This document shows positions 38,079 to 50,941 of a DNA stretch of 64,000 nt, one piece after another. Numbering within the stretch: position 1 is the first letter of the stretch; each line of letters opens with the position of its first letter. The translations under genes were made by a program, and so were the position numbers. The stretch is from Octopus vulgaris. Its lineage: Eukaryota. Under the pieces are notes generated by a model. That model searched no databases, was not told where the DNA came from, and was given only the letters and a program-made list of their open reading frames with translations. The stretch covers positions 31,930,001 to 31,994,000 of the forward strand of contig OX597839.1 in assembly GCA_951406725.2 (NCBI GenBank), given 5' to 3'.

Positions 38079-38987
38079 GGAACGATACATTGTTTAGGCA
38101 GTAGTTTTCTACTGATAACATTTATTTAAACCATATGCACATCATAAGATAGTCAAGGTGTTTAGAATCTATCAAAATGTAAAATAATTCAGCTGAAAAG
38201 TTTTAAGCTAAATATCTATTTCATGATGAAATTCTAGATATGGATTACAAAACTATTCAAAAAAGGCAGCAAATTATAGTTTGAATTTGAAATCTTGACT
38301 AAACTTTCTTTCACTAGATATGTGCATATTTTTTTTTTCAAGCCTTCAGATATTATGGTTGCCACATGTAAAGCATTTGTGATGAGGTTATAATTTGTAC
38401 TCTACTAATACAGCAGAGAAATACTAAACACATTTACTGGGAGGAAAATATCAGAAATTATAGAAGTTCATTAAAAAAATCATGAATACTTCATACACTG
38501 TGTGTATGTGTGTGTGTATGTGCGTGTGTATATGTGTGTGTGTGTGCGTGCATGTGATTAAGAAGTTCATTTTTCAACCATGTGATTTCAGGTTCAGTCC
38601 CACTGAGTCACACCTTGGGCAAGTACCTTCTACTATGGCCATGGGCCAATCAATATCATGTGATTGAATTTTGTAGACAGAAACTGTGTGGAAGCCTACA
38701 GTCTACATTGAGTAGGCTATAAAGATTGTTGTCTGGTGCTAATACTGCTTCTGTCATAAATATAGTAGGTGCAATATGGCTGAATGGTTAAGAAGTTTGC
38801 TTTGCAACCACGAGATCGCAGGTTCATTCCCACTGCTGGCATCTTGGGCAAATGTCATTTTATATGGTTTCAGGTCAACCCATAAACTGCGAATGAAGTA
38901 AACAAAACAATACAGAAGCCTTTTGCATGAATTGTACCTGTAATTCATTAAGAGTACATGTGTCTGTGGAATATTCAGCCACTTGAT

Positions 38988-39285
38988 TGGCACTCTGTTG
39001 GTTATGACAATGAGGGTTTCAGCTGATTCAGTCAATAGAACAGCCTGCTTGTGAAATTTAGGTGCAAGTGGCTGAGTACTCCGCAGACATGCATACCCTT
39101 AACATAGTTCTCTCAGGAAGATTCAGTGTGACACAGAATAAGACAAGGCTGACCCCCTTTGAATTACTGGTACAACTCATTTTTGCCAGCTGAGTGGACT
39201 GGAACAATGGGGAATAAAGTTCAAGGACACAAGTCAAACTCATGACCTTACAATCACAAACCAAACATCTTAACCACTTAGCTAC
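38988..39285 (-). mobile_element. tRNA-derived SINE family D
   Basis: Homologous to 1075-1392. Confidence 0.75.
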
Positions 39286-39289
39286 ACAA

Positions 39290-39681
39290 GCGCAGGAGTG
39301 GCTGTGTGGTAAGTAGCTTGCTTACGAACCACATGGTTCTGGGTTCAGTCCCACTGTGTGGCACCTTGGGCAAATGTCTTCTACTATAGCCTCAGGTCGA
39401 CCAAAGCTTTGTGAGTGGATTTGGTAGATGGAAATTGAAAGAAGCCTGTCGTATATATGTGTGTGTGTGTATGAGTGTGTATATGTTTGTGCGTCTGTGT
39501 TTGTCTCCCCAACATCACTTGACAACCAATGCTGGTGTGTTTACGTCCCCGTAACTTAGAGACCGATAGAATAAGTTCTAGGCTTACAAATAATAAGTTC
39601 TGGGGGTCGATTTGCTCAACTAAAGGCAGTGCTCCAGCATGGCCACAGTCAAATGACTGAAACAAGTAAAAAAGTAAAGAG
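39290..39681 (+). mobile_element. SINE family A, full length
   Basis: gcgcaggagtggctgtgtggtaagtagcttgc...gactgaaacaagtaaaaaagtaaagag. Confidence 0.9.
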
Positions 39682-40513
39682 TACACCTCCCCATTCAGCC
39701 ACTTACATATCAATTCAAAGGAGAAGGAATTTCGGTTCATTGAACACCTGAATCCTTATCATCTAATGACAAAAATCCACCACCATATATATTTAAAATT
39801 CTTCAGCAGAAAATTCAATGCATCATATGAAATTAATAAACTGTACTCAAAGTTTGGTTTATGCTACAAATTTTACATACAGACATGTTAGGTGTGAAAC
39901 TAGTATTAGACTGCACTTTTTCAAATTGATTTATTTTTCTGTCTGCTTTTTCGGTAATAACGTCTACATCAAGATAGAGCCTCTTTGACTGAAATAGCGA
40001 ACATTTTCAGTGAACTAATTTGATTGGATACAGTCTGCCAGAGAAGAATACAATTTTGTAAATTTTCCACTTTTTAGGAAAGAGTGAAATTAAATCTGAT
40101 GTGTCGCCGTACAATATTTTAAACTTATTGAAATATAGATGTTGAAGCTTGAATATAGGTTGGGCTCTAGAAACAAATTATGAAAGTTATGAAATTATTT
40201 TTTAAACATTTTTATAGGTATTTCAATCCCTCTCTCTCTTTCGGAGAGACACTGAGCAGCTATACGCACATATACACACACGGCAGTAACTTCCACCTAC
40301 CGAATTCAATCACAAAGCTCCGGTCGGCTCGGGGCTATAGTGGAAGACACCTACACAAAGTGCCACGCAGTGGGACTGAACCCGAAACCATGTAGCTAGG
40401 AAGCAAGCTCCCTAACCACACAGCCAATAGTGGAAATGTTTAAAATTCAAATGTGTATGCTATGGTGGAAGGTTAGCTTTCAGACAGAATTTATAATAAA
40501 CTTATAAGCAACA

Positions 40514-40569
<56 letters not shown>

Positions 40570-40939
40570 TGTGTGTGTGTGGCTGGTAATCAGGCTTCTA
40601 AATCCATACCTATAGGTTTTGTACAACTAGTTTCGTCAATAAGTTGGAAGCAAAAACGGATGAAATGAGTTATTGCTGTTGCAGGTAAACTGTTTAATGG
40701 ATATTTAATGAGTCCAGTAAGAAACTTAAATTAAGTAGTTACTAGTAACAACTAATGACTAACCTAAAAATATCAGGAAGAGTAATATTGAAAAGGTTGA
40801 TATGTGCAAAATAGTCCAAACAGTTGGTTTTTCATTACGAAAAAAGAAAAAACCTGTGAAAGGACATGTGGATATGTGTGTGCATGATAGATGTGTGTGT
40901 GTGTGTGTATAAAAGCATAGTTGTGTTTATTTAAATAAA

Positions 40940-41155
40940 CTTTTGAATGATGTCACACCACTGGCTCGGTAGGCAGACCAACATTCCCTTTCAATGAGAC
41001 ACAGTGTGTCATGGGGTTACCTATTTACAGCTGAGCAGACTGGACCAGCATGAAATGAAGTGTTTTGCTCAAGAACACAATGCATCGCCCAGTCTGGAAA
41101 CTGAAACCACAATTTTGCAATCACAAGTGCAACACCTTAACCACTAGGCCACATG
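40940..41155 (-). mobile_element. Family D head and core with a different 3' tail
   Basis: Minus strand tgtggcctagtggttaaggtgttgcac...gcattgtgttcttgagcaaaacacttcatttc...cagctgtaaataggtaac. Confidence 0.7.
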
Positions 41156-41383
41156 CATGTTTGTGTGTGTGTAATGTTTGTAATGAACAATAACTGTTAT
41201 CAACTTTTCTTTGTATCCATTATATAATGATAAGTGAACAGAGGAGCTTGTATAAATGGAGCCAGTGTTTATTTTGTGGCTGGGTGCATGATAACCAGAC
41301 ATCCACAATTTGGAGGAGAAAACAAACAATAGAAGGCTACTTATTTGTTTGTTTATATATTTATTTGTTGTATGTGTGTATGT

Positions 41384-41414
<31 letters not shown>

Positions 41415-42164
41415 AAACTTCATACAAAATGAAAACAATTATTTATGTAATATCTGTTTAATCTATACTAGAAATTTGTTCAATAGATACAGGCTGCAAT
41501 AGAACAGTGGGGAGGAACTCTGTTATAGCATTTCTAGCATTTCTATGCTAAACAAATAATTTTACACATTGAGAAATTGTATACTTTTTTGATTTTTGAA
41601 ATTTTTTTTTTTTTTTCCAGTTTGATTTACTGGAATTCCTGAAAAATGTAAAATCCTAGCAAAAACTTAAATCAAATATTTGCAGGAATCAGGATTATGT
41701 TAGCATTTATTTCATGTCCATTATTCCATGTCTGTATAGATTGGATAGATCTGTAGTATGGTATATCACTATTCCTCTGTCCTGCATCATCAAGTCTGTA
41801 CCCAACATCCAGAAATGTAACCTCACAATTTCTTCTCATTTTTTTTTTCCATGATTTTCTACCACTAACATGTAGCATTGGCAGCATGTGCATCTGCCAC
41901 ATATTCTATCTTACATACAATGACACCCTTTTTATATCCTGGTGTTGGATACACAATATAACAAAGCAAGGGGAAAGAAAGTATTTACATGATGCAATAC
42001 GATTACTATTGCACAAGACTCAATGCTCTCAATCAACGGCTCACAGCGAACTGCTTACCAATCCAAACTGCCAATTGCTCACAGTTCTTTATTTTACAGC
42101 AATGTGTCAGTCCAATTTTAGTCAAAAGGGTGAGGTCAGAATCCTTCCACAACGCACCTATAAA

Positions 42165-42589
42165 TTCGATTTCAAATTTTGGCACAAGGCAGACAACTTG
42201 AGGGCAGGGGATAAGTTTATTACACTGACCCCAGTATTCAGTTGGTACTCATTTTATCGACCTTGAAAGGACGAAAGGCAAGGTTGACCTCAGTAGAATT
42301 TGAGCTCAGAACATGGGGACAAATGCAATACTGTTAAGCATTTTGTCCAGCATGCTAATGGTTCAGTCATTTTGCTGCCCTTATTGAGGCCTATAATATT
42401 GATTTCAAATTTTGACACAAGACCAGCAATTTTAGGGGAGGGAATAAGTATATTACACTGACCCGAGTTTTTGAAATGACAAAATGCAAAGCTGACCGTG
42501 GCAGAATTTGAGCTCAAAATGTGAGGATGAACAAAATGCTGTTAAGCATTTTTCCCAGTGTGCTAACAATTCTGCCAGCTCACCACCTT
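42165..42589 (-). mobile_element. Two adjacent family B SINEs
   Basis: Two B bodies (42165-42381, 42395-42589), each with the gatttcaaatttt(g)gcacaag tail variant. Confidence 0.75.
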
Positions 42590-42639
42590 AATTTAAGTTT
42601 ATAATATTTTCAACTCATTTATGCTAAATCTCATGGCAG

Positions 42640-42830
42640 CTGACACAATATATTCAATAGTTCACACTCAAAATATTACTTCCTAGTCTCAGGGCCCAAG
42701 TCTCACTCCTCCCATACAGCATCAAAAACCTTACACACACACATTCTGTACACTGTGCTTCTTTTATGAGGAAAAGAATTCTTTGTTGTGAACAGATTAA
42801 CAGTTCTTTGAACATTTGATGTTACATATA
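42640..42830 (-). mobile_element. Degenerate RTE fragment
   Basis: Minus strand YRMCV...MLYG.SETWAL (RTE LYGSETW motif), frameshifted. Confidence 0.5.
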
Positions 42831-44319
42831 CTAAGGGATAGCTTGAAAAACAAAAGAACCTTTACAGTGGAGATTAAAGGATATTGCATTCACACTAGGA
42901 GTTTCTCGATCAACAATTTGCAATGAATTGTGGGAACACAAAGTAAATGTTTTGCTAGAATTCTTTAACTGGATCCATGCTACAGTATCAACCAAATAGT
43001 CACAACAGAAATAACAAAATATATAAGCCAGCAGTATTGTCACTTAGATTGTTAGAAATATAATTACAGATTAATTTTTTTATATATTAATTATTTAGAT
43101 AATGACTGTACACTGAATTACATTATGTATTCTTTTTTTAAGTTTAAGAAGAAATTTCAATTTTAATTACATTTTACAAGACTTCAAACTTAATAAAAGA
43201 AAATAATTCAGTAATTAAATATTGATTCAAAGTCTAAAAATCTGTCAGTTCCATTAAGGCTTAAATTCTGAAACAAAACTATAACTGTTGACAAATACAA
43301 AATACAAAACAAAAGGTAAAAAAGAAGAAAAAACATGCACTTTTTTTTTTCTGAGTAAAACTAATTTGGCAAAGTAATTTAGAAAATTTTCTCTTTGACT
43401 ATCCTTATTTGACACTTAGACTTGGACTAATAACAATAAATTATTTAAAAGGAATTACACAAATATAAGTAAACACAGAAGCACACACATACGCATATAT
43501 GTATTGATATTTTCCATTTTCCTCAAATATTTAGCTTTCTATCCAGAGTGCTTTTCTGAAGTGATTCATATTCTGGAGGTGAGAGAAAAAAATATATAAA
43601 TATATATAAAAAGTTCAACTTTTAACTCCAGAATCAAAGGTTTTCTTTCATTTATTTAGCAAATCAAATTAAAATTTGTCTAAGAAATTTTCAAAAAATA
43701 AATTTAATATTCACTGCAGACTCCTTTGATAAAGAAACAAATTTCCAAAATATATATACATATTCTTTTTTTTTTTTTGGAATAAAGAAAGAGAAATCTT
43801 AGAAATGGTAAGAATGACATTTGTATTTTTATGTTGTTATGGTGGTGATGATATCATTTTCCATCTAATTTGTGACATTCAATTAGCAAGTCTTGTTTTT
43901 ACTTAATTCCTCAGACAATCTTAATTCCTTACATTAACTCTTGTTTTTTGTTGGGTTTTTTTTGTCATTTTCTTTTGGTGCCATTCTGCAATTCATTCTG
44001 CTTTATGCACTTCTCAGGTTAGCAACAATTAATAACTTTTGCACAGTCATTAGCAAACTAAATTAACCACATGATGGTACCTTGGTATTTGCATTTACAT
44101 AATCATCAAAATATCTCGATAGACAAACAGTGCCTTTCTTTTTCTGTATTTGCAGACTCACAGAAACTTTCTCCAATATCCAAGAAGTGAATTATTGAAA
44201 TGAAAATGTACCCCAGCACCCACCCACCCCAACACATACCCTCAAATAAATGAAACAACTTTCAAACATCATGTCAGCCTCAAAAATTAAAATTAACTTT
44301 TATTTCTTTACTACAAAAT

Positions 44320-44450
<131 letters not shown>

Positions 44451-45119
44451 TACCCGTAACATATTGAATGTATTTTGGTGAATAATTATAAGTAGGAATG
44501 AAATAAAATAATTTTCTAACAGTAAAATTGCATGTATGGAATAAAAAAAAAAGAAAGAAGAGAGATATTGAATATATTGAAATTTAATATTAATTCATTT
44601 CAGCATTAAAAGCTATTTTTAACTTCACATTTTCCTCCACAAAATTGAAAGTCATCCAATGGTATAACATATTTCAATAAAATAGTGTAAATGAAACTTA
44701 GGTGAAAACATTCTAAAAATTATTTTATGAAAGTTCTGAAATGGTGGGATCCAACAAGTAAACTTTACAAAATTGACAATTGTCAATGTGTTTCCCAGTT
44801 TCTTTAAAAAGAAAGAAAAAAAACAAAAATTGAAGAGAAAGAAAGTAAAAGAAATCCTTCACTTCAGATATGACGATATTAAATTGCCAACAATAAATAA
44901 CTTGTTATCTTTTGAAGAAGTCTCTCTGCCATATAAATAATTTATTATTCTTATCAATTTTTTCCCTTCGAAACCTGAGATTAAGGAAGGCGAATTTCCT
45001 TTTTTACAAGTTTCTTCTAATAATTCATTTTGGTTGATTTATATAAGACAAAAGCATTGCAGTCTTTTGGCATTGCAACAAATTTCATGTTCCAAGTTAA
45101 AATAATACCTCTGTCAACT

Positions 45120-45159
45120 AAACACACATACACATATACATAGATACATATATGTAGAC

Positions 45160-45210
<51 letters not shown>

Positions 45211-45232
45211 TATATTCACATACATATATGTA

Positions 45233-45270
<38 letters not shown>

Positions 45271-45290
45271 CACACATATATGTATACATC

Positions 45291-45321
<31 letters not shown>

Positions 45322-45345
45322 ATGTATGCATCTAAATACATATAT
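45120..45345. repeat. (TA)n/(CA)n low-complexity tract
   Basis: Direct reading. Confidence 0.9.
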
Positions 45346-45675
45346 GTTCTTTTTCTTCTGGTGTTCAGCAAACATACAGTCTAAGGTATAATGTTTTTTT
45401 CCTTTCTTTCTATGAAAACAGTCAATTGATCAGTAAAAGGTTTTGTAGAAGAATTTTGTTTAGAATTAATGAAAATTAATAAAACTTTCAGTGATCAAAT
45501 TAATAGTTAATTCTGATAATTATCATTATAAGAGAGCAAGAACAGATGTTTTAAAATTAAATATAATTTAATAGATTAATTTAGTGTGAAACATTTATGC
45601 TCTAATTTGGTGATGCTGTCCAAAAACAGATGGAATCTTCTGAGCCATTGTAATATATATGTGTGTGTGTGTCGT

Positions 45676-46284
45676 GGAGGTGCAATGGCCCAGTGGTTAG
45701 GGCAGCGGACTCGCGGTCATAGGATCGCGGTTTCGATTCCCAGACCGGGTGTTGTGAGTGTTTATTGAGCGAAAACACCTAAAAGCTCCACGAGGCTCCG
45801 GCAGGGGATGGTGGTGAACCCTGCTGTACTCTTTCACCACAACTTTCTCTCACTCTTACTTCCTGTTTCTGTTGTACCTGTATTTCAAAGGGCCGGCCTT
45901 GTCACTCTCTGTGTCACGCTGAATATCCCCGAGAACTACGTTAACCCTTTAGAGTTCAGATTAATTTGTCAAAAGTAATCCTTATTTATTCACATTTAAA
46001 AAAAATTTATCTGATATTATTTTGTACCTTCAAGATAGGAAAGATGTAATTGCTTATATTTAGAATGACATTGCAGGGTAGGTGTGAGATGCATGTTCTG
46101 GCCAGTTTGAGCATAAAATGTGTAGAATATTTGGGCCGGATACAGCTGGTTTAAACACTAAAGGGTTAAGGGTACACGTGTCTGTGGAGTGCTCAGCCAC
46201 TTACACGTTAATTTCATGAGCAGGCTGTTCTGTTGATTCGGATCAACCGGAACCCTCGTCGTCGTAACCGACGGAGTGCTTCCA
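45676..46284 (+). mobile_element. Young tRNA-derived SINE (family D tail) interrupted by a MITE
   Basis: A box tggcccagtgg, B box ggtttcgattccc; 3' part ...gaactacgttaa|gggtacacgtgtctgtggagtgctcagcc...accgacggagtgc. Confidence 0.85.
45945..46165. mobile_element. piggyBac-type MITE with TTAA TSD
   Basis: TTAA (45941-45944), CCCTTTAG...CTAAAGGG, TTAA (46166-46169); the host SINE is continuous once it is removed. Confidence 0.9.
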
Positions 46285-46815
46285 TATATGTGTGTATGTT
46301 TGAGAGTCAGTCAGGAACTGATGTGGAAGAAACTCATGTTGCCAATTGAAAAATAACTAAATTAGAAGTTGGAACAAGATTTTCGTCTTCCTCAAAGGTG
46401 TTGTAGATGATGTGTTTTTTCTTTTAACTTGATACTGGGTATTTATAATAATTTGTTTTCACGTGGAAGGATTAAGAATATAATTTTCCTAGTTACAAAA
46501 ATAATACTGGAATTCATTATAATGTAAAATTGTTGAAAGAATTTTACGAATACTTTTGCAACTGGATGTGTGTGTGTCGGGGGGTGTAGGAGGTGAGAGT
46601 ATGTGCAAAATGAAGAGAGAAAGAAAAACAGAATTCGATGCAAACAGAGACAGAGAGAAAAGGGAAAGTATCTAATTTCCACTTATGTTTTGCTCCAGAT
46701 AAATATACAAGCTAATCGATCAAAAGAAGAAAAAAGCCATTTGCAATAAGGACAGGAATTTCAGAGACAAATTACAAATGTTAGGGAAGCTTTAAACAAG
46801 TTTACATCACCACAA

Positions 46816-46816
<1 letters not shown>

Positions 46817-46876
<60 letters not shown>
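46817..46876. repeat. (GT)n microsatellite
   Basis: Direct reading. Confidence 0.95.
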
Positions 46877-46878
<2 letters not shown>

Positions 46879-47347
46879 TGAGTGTATGCACACGCGTGCA
46901 CACATATTATGGAAAGATTCTAAAAAGATTATATCTATCTCAGACACAGGTGTGGATATGAGGTAAGAAGTTTGCTTCCCAACCACATGGTTCCAGGTTC
47001 TGTTTCACTGTGTGGCACCTTGGCCAAGTATCCTCTACTATAATCCCAGGCCAACCAAAGCATTATGGATGGATTTGGTAGACGGAAATTGTAAGGAGAG
47101 AGAGAGAGAGAGAGTGTGTGTGTGTGTGTATGTGTGTGTGTGTTTTTATTATTCTTCAACAAGAATATTATTGACGGTGATTTCAAAGTTCTGGCCAGTT
47201 AAACCATCAATCGATGATAGCTTAACTGGACATAACTTCAGAGTCAACGTCAATAATCTTGTTTAAGAATAATGGATTTGTATTCAACAAAAGTATAGGG
47301 AAACCCATCAGATTAAAGTAAAATTGTTTTTATTATGACTGAACATA

Positions 47348-47512
47348 GGATGGCGAGCTGGCAGAATCATTAGCACACCAGGTGAAATGCTTAGCGGTAT
47401 TCTGTCTGTCGTTACGTTCTGAGTTCGAATTCTGCCAAGGTTGACTTTGCCTTTCATCCTTTTAGGGTCGATCAAATGAGTACCAGTTACGCACTGGGGT
47501 TGATGTAATCGC
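47348..47512 (+). mobile_element. SINE family B, 3'-truncated
   Basis: ggatggcgagctggcagaatc...gcactggggttgatgtaatcg; tail absent. Confidence 0.85.
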
Positions 47513-48414
47513 CTTTATTAAATTTCTTGATTAGTCATGAACAGACATGACAAAACTATATATATATATATATATATGCATACACACACACTCACTAACA
47601 ATGAGCTTTATTCAGTTTCTGTCTACCAAATCCTTTCACAAGGCTTTACTCAACCTAGGGCTAGTGTAGAAGTTATTTGCCCAAAGTGCCACACCGGGAA
47701 CTGAACCCAAAACCATTTGGTCTGGGAAGAGGGAAGCAACCTTCTTAATCACAGCACCTGTGCATATATAAATATATATTACAGCCATTCAATTTCATAA
47801 CAAGAGTCAGATAGACAGACATTTCACTGAAAATTCATTTTCCCATTAATTAGATAAAATACAGCATATTACTTTTTCTTAATGTTTAATTTAATTCCAT
47901 TTCAATGAAAATATTTACTCCCCTAATATTCCTAGACAGACAGTTTCAATATGGTTGTGTCTCATAGGTATAAACTAATTAGTAGTAATAAAAATTAAAA
48001 AGAAAAAAGTGAAAATTGATAAAGACAGGTAGAAATATTTGATACAAATATTTAGTAAATATCAATATAACTCAGTTCATTTTTAGTTCAAATACAAAGG
48101 AAGGTAAATTAAAATTGATATAAAGATTTTAAAATTTTGTAAAATACACACACACACACACACACACAGAAGCTAATCGAGCAGCCTGTTTCTCAGGAAT
48201 TTCCCCAACACATTGTTGGTGCCTCATTCAGAGAACCTCCAAAATAATAGTTTACTGGATCAACTTAAAAATTGTATTGCATGTGATTGATGTTGCCTAT
48301 GCATTAAGGACACTATGAAGCAATATCTGGCATTAAAGACCCATCAAAGGGATACCTGGAAAAGGGCAGTTAAATAACTATGAAAGTATTCCCATTCACT
48401 ATCAATCAACAGCA

Positions 48415-48645
48415 ACAGATTTTATATATTATACTTTTACAAAAAGAGGGGTGATAGTGACTTCGAAGTTTCAGCCTAATAGCCTTCATCAGACTGTACA
48501 ACAGTTGGGTTCCTTTTGGCTTTATATAGACTATATAAAGTCAAAAAGAACCCTAGTGTAGTATGGTCCAATGAAGGCTAGCTGATCAAAACTTCAAAGT
48601 TACTGTCACCCCTTTTCTTGTAAGAGTATAATATATAATATCTGT
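48415..48645. repeat. 231-bp palindrome (inverted Penelope-like pLTR pair)
   Basis: Arms 48415-48529 and 48531-48645 align without gaps, 92/115 identical by manual count; 1-nt spacer. Confidence 0.9.
48454..48497 (-). ncRNA. Type I hammerhead ribozyme (minimal, Penelope-like)
   Basis: Minus strand ACAGU CUGAUGA A GGCUAUUAGGCU GAAA CUUCGAAG UC ACUAU: intact core, palindromic stem III, GUC cleavage triplet, 4 of 5 stem I pairs. Confidence 0.75.
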
Positions 48646-48711
48646 ATGGACTCAACAAATTCTTCAGTTTCACGATAAATTGTTATAACTCAACAAAAAA
48701 AAAACCATATA

Positions 48712-48941
48712 TGAGGGGTGCTGAAAAGTTCCTGGCTTTGGGTAAAAGAAAATACAGGAGGGTCAGTTAAATATGGTTTTACTCAACATGTTCCTCTCTC
48801 AGGTTCACACACTTATCACAGCGGTCCTTCAGTTTTTCTAATCCTTGTAAAAGAACCTGGAAGGTTGGACCTCCAATTAGGCCTTTCATGATACCCTCCA
48901 GTTGAGCCTTCCACGATCAGACACTTTTCAGCGTCCCCTCA
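48712..48941. mobile_element. Tc1/mariner-type MITE
   Basis: TIRs tgagggg-tgctgaaaagt and acttttcagcgtcccctca; left flank TA, right flank TG (decayed). Confidence 0.7.
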
Positions 48942-50034
48942 TGTGTGCGTGTGTGTGTGTATGTGTGTGAGAGAGAGAGAGAGAGAGATGGAAATGAATA
49001 ATGAAACAAGTAAACACTATCACACTAATAATGAGTTTATTTGAGTTGAAGGAGTTATATGGAAAACAAAAAACAGAATTAAAAAAGAATGTTGAAATAA
49101 AATGTGGAATTTATTAAATTAAAATCAAACTGATTTGATATCTCATGAAATTATAATGTCACAACACTAAGATGAACAAAAAAAATAGTATGCATGTGTG
49201 TGGGGGTGTTTATAGATGGGTAAGGTGTGGTGGGTGTGTATGCATATGCACTACAGTGCATGTGTGTGTGGATGTATGTGGGTGAGAATAGGTGTGGGTA
49301 TTCACTTGTATATTTATAGGTGACAGTGTGGAGTGGAGCATGTGGATATGCGTGAGTGAATGCAATGTGTAATGTTGTATATGTGAGTAGATAGACATGT
49401 GTGAAGGTGCCTGACAACATAAGCTCAGCAACATTTTGTAAAAACAAAATCTGAAACTTTATATGAGACATGTTTAAAAACGCAACAGAAAGAGCAATGA
49501 CCGCAAAGGCCAGGCTGCTGCAACAAATAAACAAAAGCAGTGCTGAGGGGATTTACTGAGGAAAACAATTAATAAAAGGATTAAAGTATCTCTTGTATCT
49601 ATCACAGTCAACATAGTTTTATGATTATTTCTGTGTGGCCCCATCAACAGCCATGTCTGTTCAAGTGTAATCAATAACTTTAATAGTCTTAAAACTATTA
49701 AATTTATTGATTAGTCATGAACAGACATGACAAAACTAAATAAATCTAAGATTCCATTATGTTTTCCTAAAAATATATGAGATTCTGACACAAACTGTTT
49801 AATCCACTTTACCTGCTGTTCATAGGGAAATGACTTAGGATAGTTGAGCTGTGGTCACTCAACCCACTAGATATAGCAGCCAGATTTCTCTAAATTACAC
49901 CCCGCTGTTTTGAATAAAGAAGTGACATAATTAATGCGACACCTAAGAGAAAGCTGGGATGGTCATGGATGGAACTTCTTTGAGCCCACTGACATAAAAA
50001 CACAGCAGTAGGAGGTCACTGAGGACATTCAACA

Positions 50035-50284
50035 TTATCATCATCATTATCATTTTACCATCTACTTTTTCATGCTTGTATGGGTCAGACAGAATATGTT
50101 CAAGCAGGTTTTTCTATAACCAGATGGCCTTCCTGCTACCAATTCTCGTCTGTTTCCAAAAACTTAATGTTTCCCTATGGCCAGACATGTTTTCCCGTCA
50201 GAACCCTGGAAATGAAAGACAATGCTTGTACAATGTGAGAAGATATATTTACAACAAACCTGCAATATCAAGAGAAAGAGACAA

Positions 50285-50318
<34 letters not shown>

Positions 50319-50460
50319 TAGATTTACACAATGGGCTTCTAGTTTCTGTCTACCAAATCCACTCCTAAGGCTTTAGTCAGCCTAGGGTTATAGAAGAAGA
50401 CACTTGCCGAAGCTGCCTCACAGTGGAACTGAACTTAGATCCCAGTGGTTGGGAAGCAAG
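50035..50460 (-). mobile_element. Chimeric SINE: family A head, microsatellite, family E tail
   Basis: A head at 50330-50460, (CT/CA)n, then E module ending (GAT)n at about 50035. Confidence 0.7.
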
Positions 50461-50941
50461 CACCTATCATTCATGACAATAGCAGGAAAACACTAAATTG
50501 AACTTAAAGAGGGAAAAAAACAGAATTGAAGAAAACTCTTCATGGTTTACCTCAGAACTAATTCCTATTGACTTGAAAGTTATGACAGCAAAGTTATGTT
50601 TAGTCAACAGCATTGTTCATTGTCAGCAGGATTGCCAACAACCTCTTTGTATTCACAGGAGGAGGCAACATTGTCAGCATTGTTTCATTGTTATGTGAAA
50701 GTGTTTTAGTGAATGATATTGAAATTGCCATTCTTTAGCACTGCTGCACTTCAGTTTTGCATTACATGTTTCTATATCTGTCATATCAGAAGGGATTAAG
50801 GCGGTTCGAAGGAAATGAAATTGACACAGAATAGCAGAAAGTAAATAGCATAGAATTTTAAAATATAATACAAATATTTGATCATACCAGATAGGAGAAA
50901 GGATGGAAGTCTAGCCTGATCATTTAGTTTGGAAAAGAATG

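Noticed and set aside
44130-44215. Pyrimidine tract plus CAG resembling a splice acceptor (also about 55615)
   Set aside because: No matching donor or sustained open frame; a host exon cannot be supported without RNA data
45676-45750. tRNA-like sequence with A and B boxes
   Set aside because: Continues into a SINE body and the acceptor stem does not close; a SINE head, not a tRNA gene
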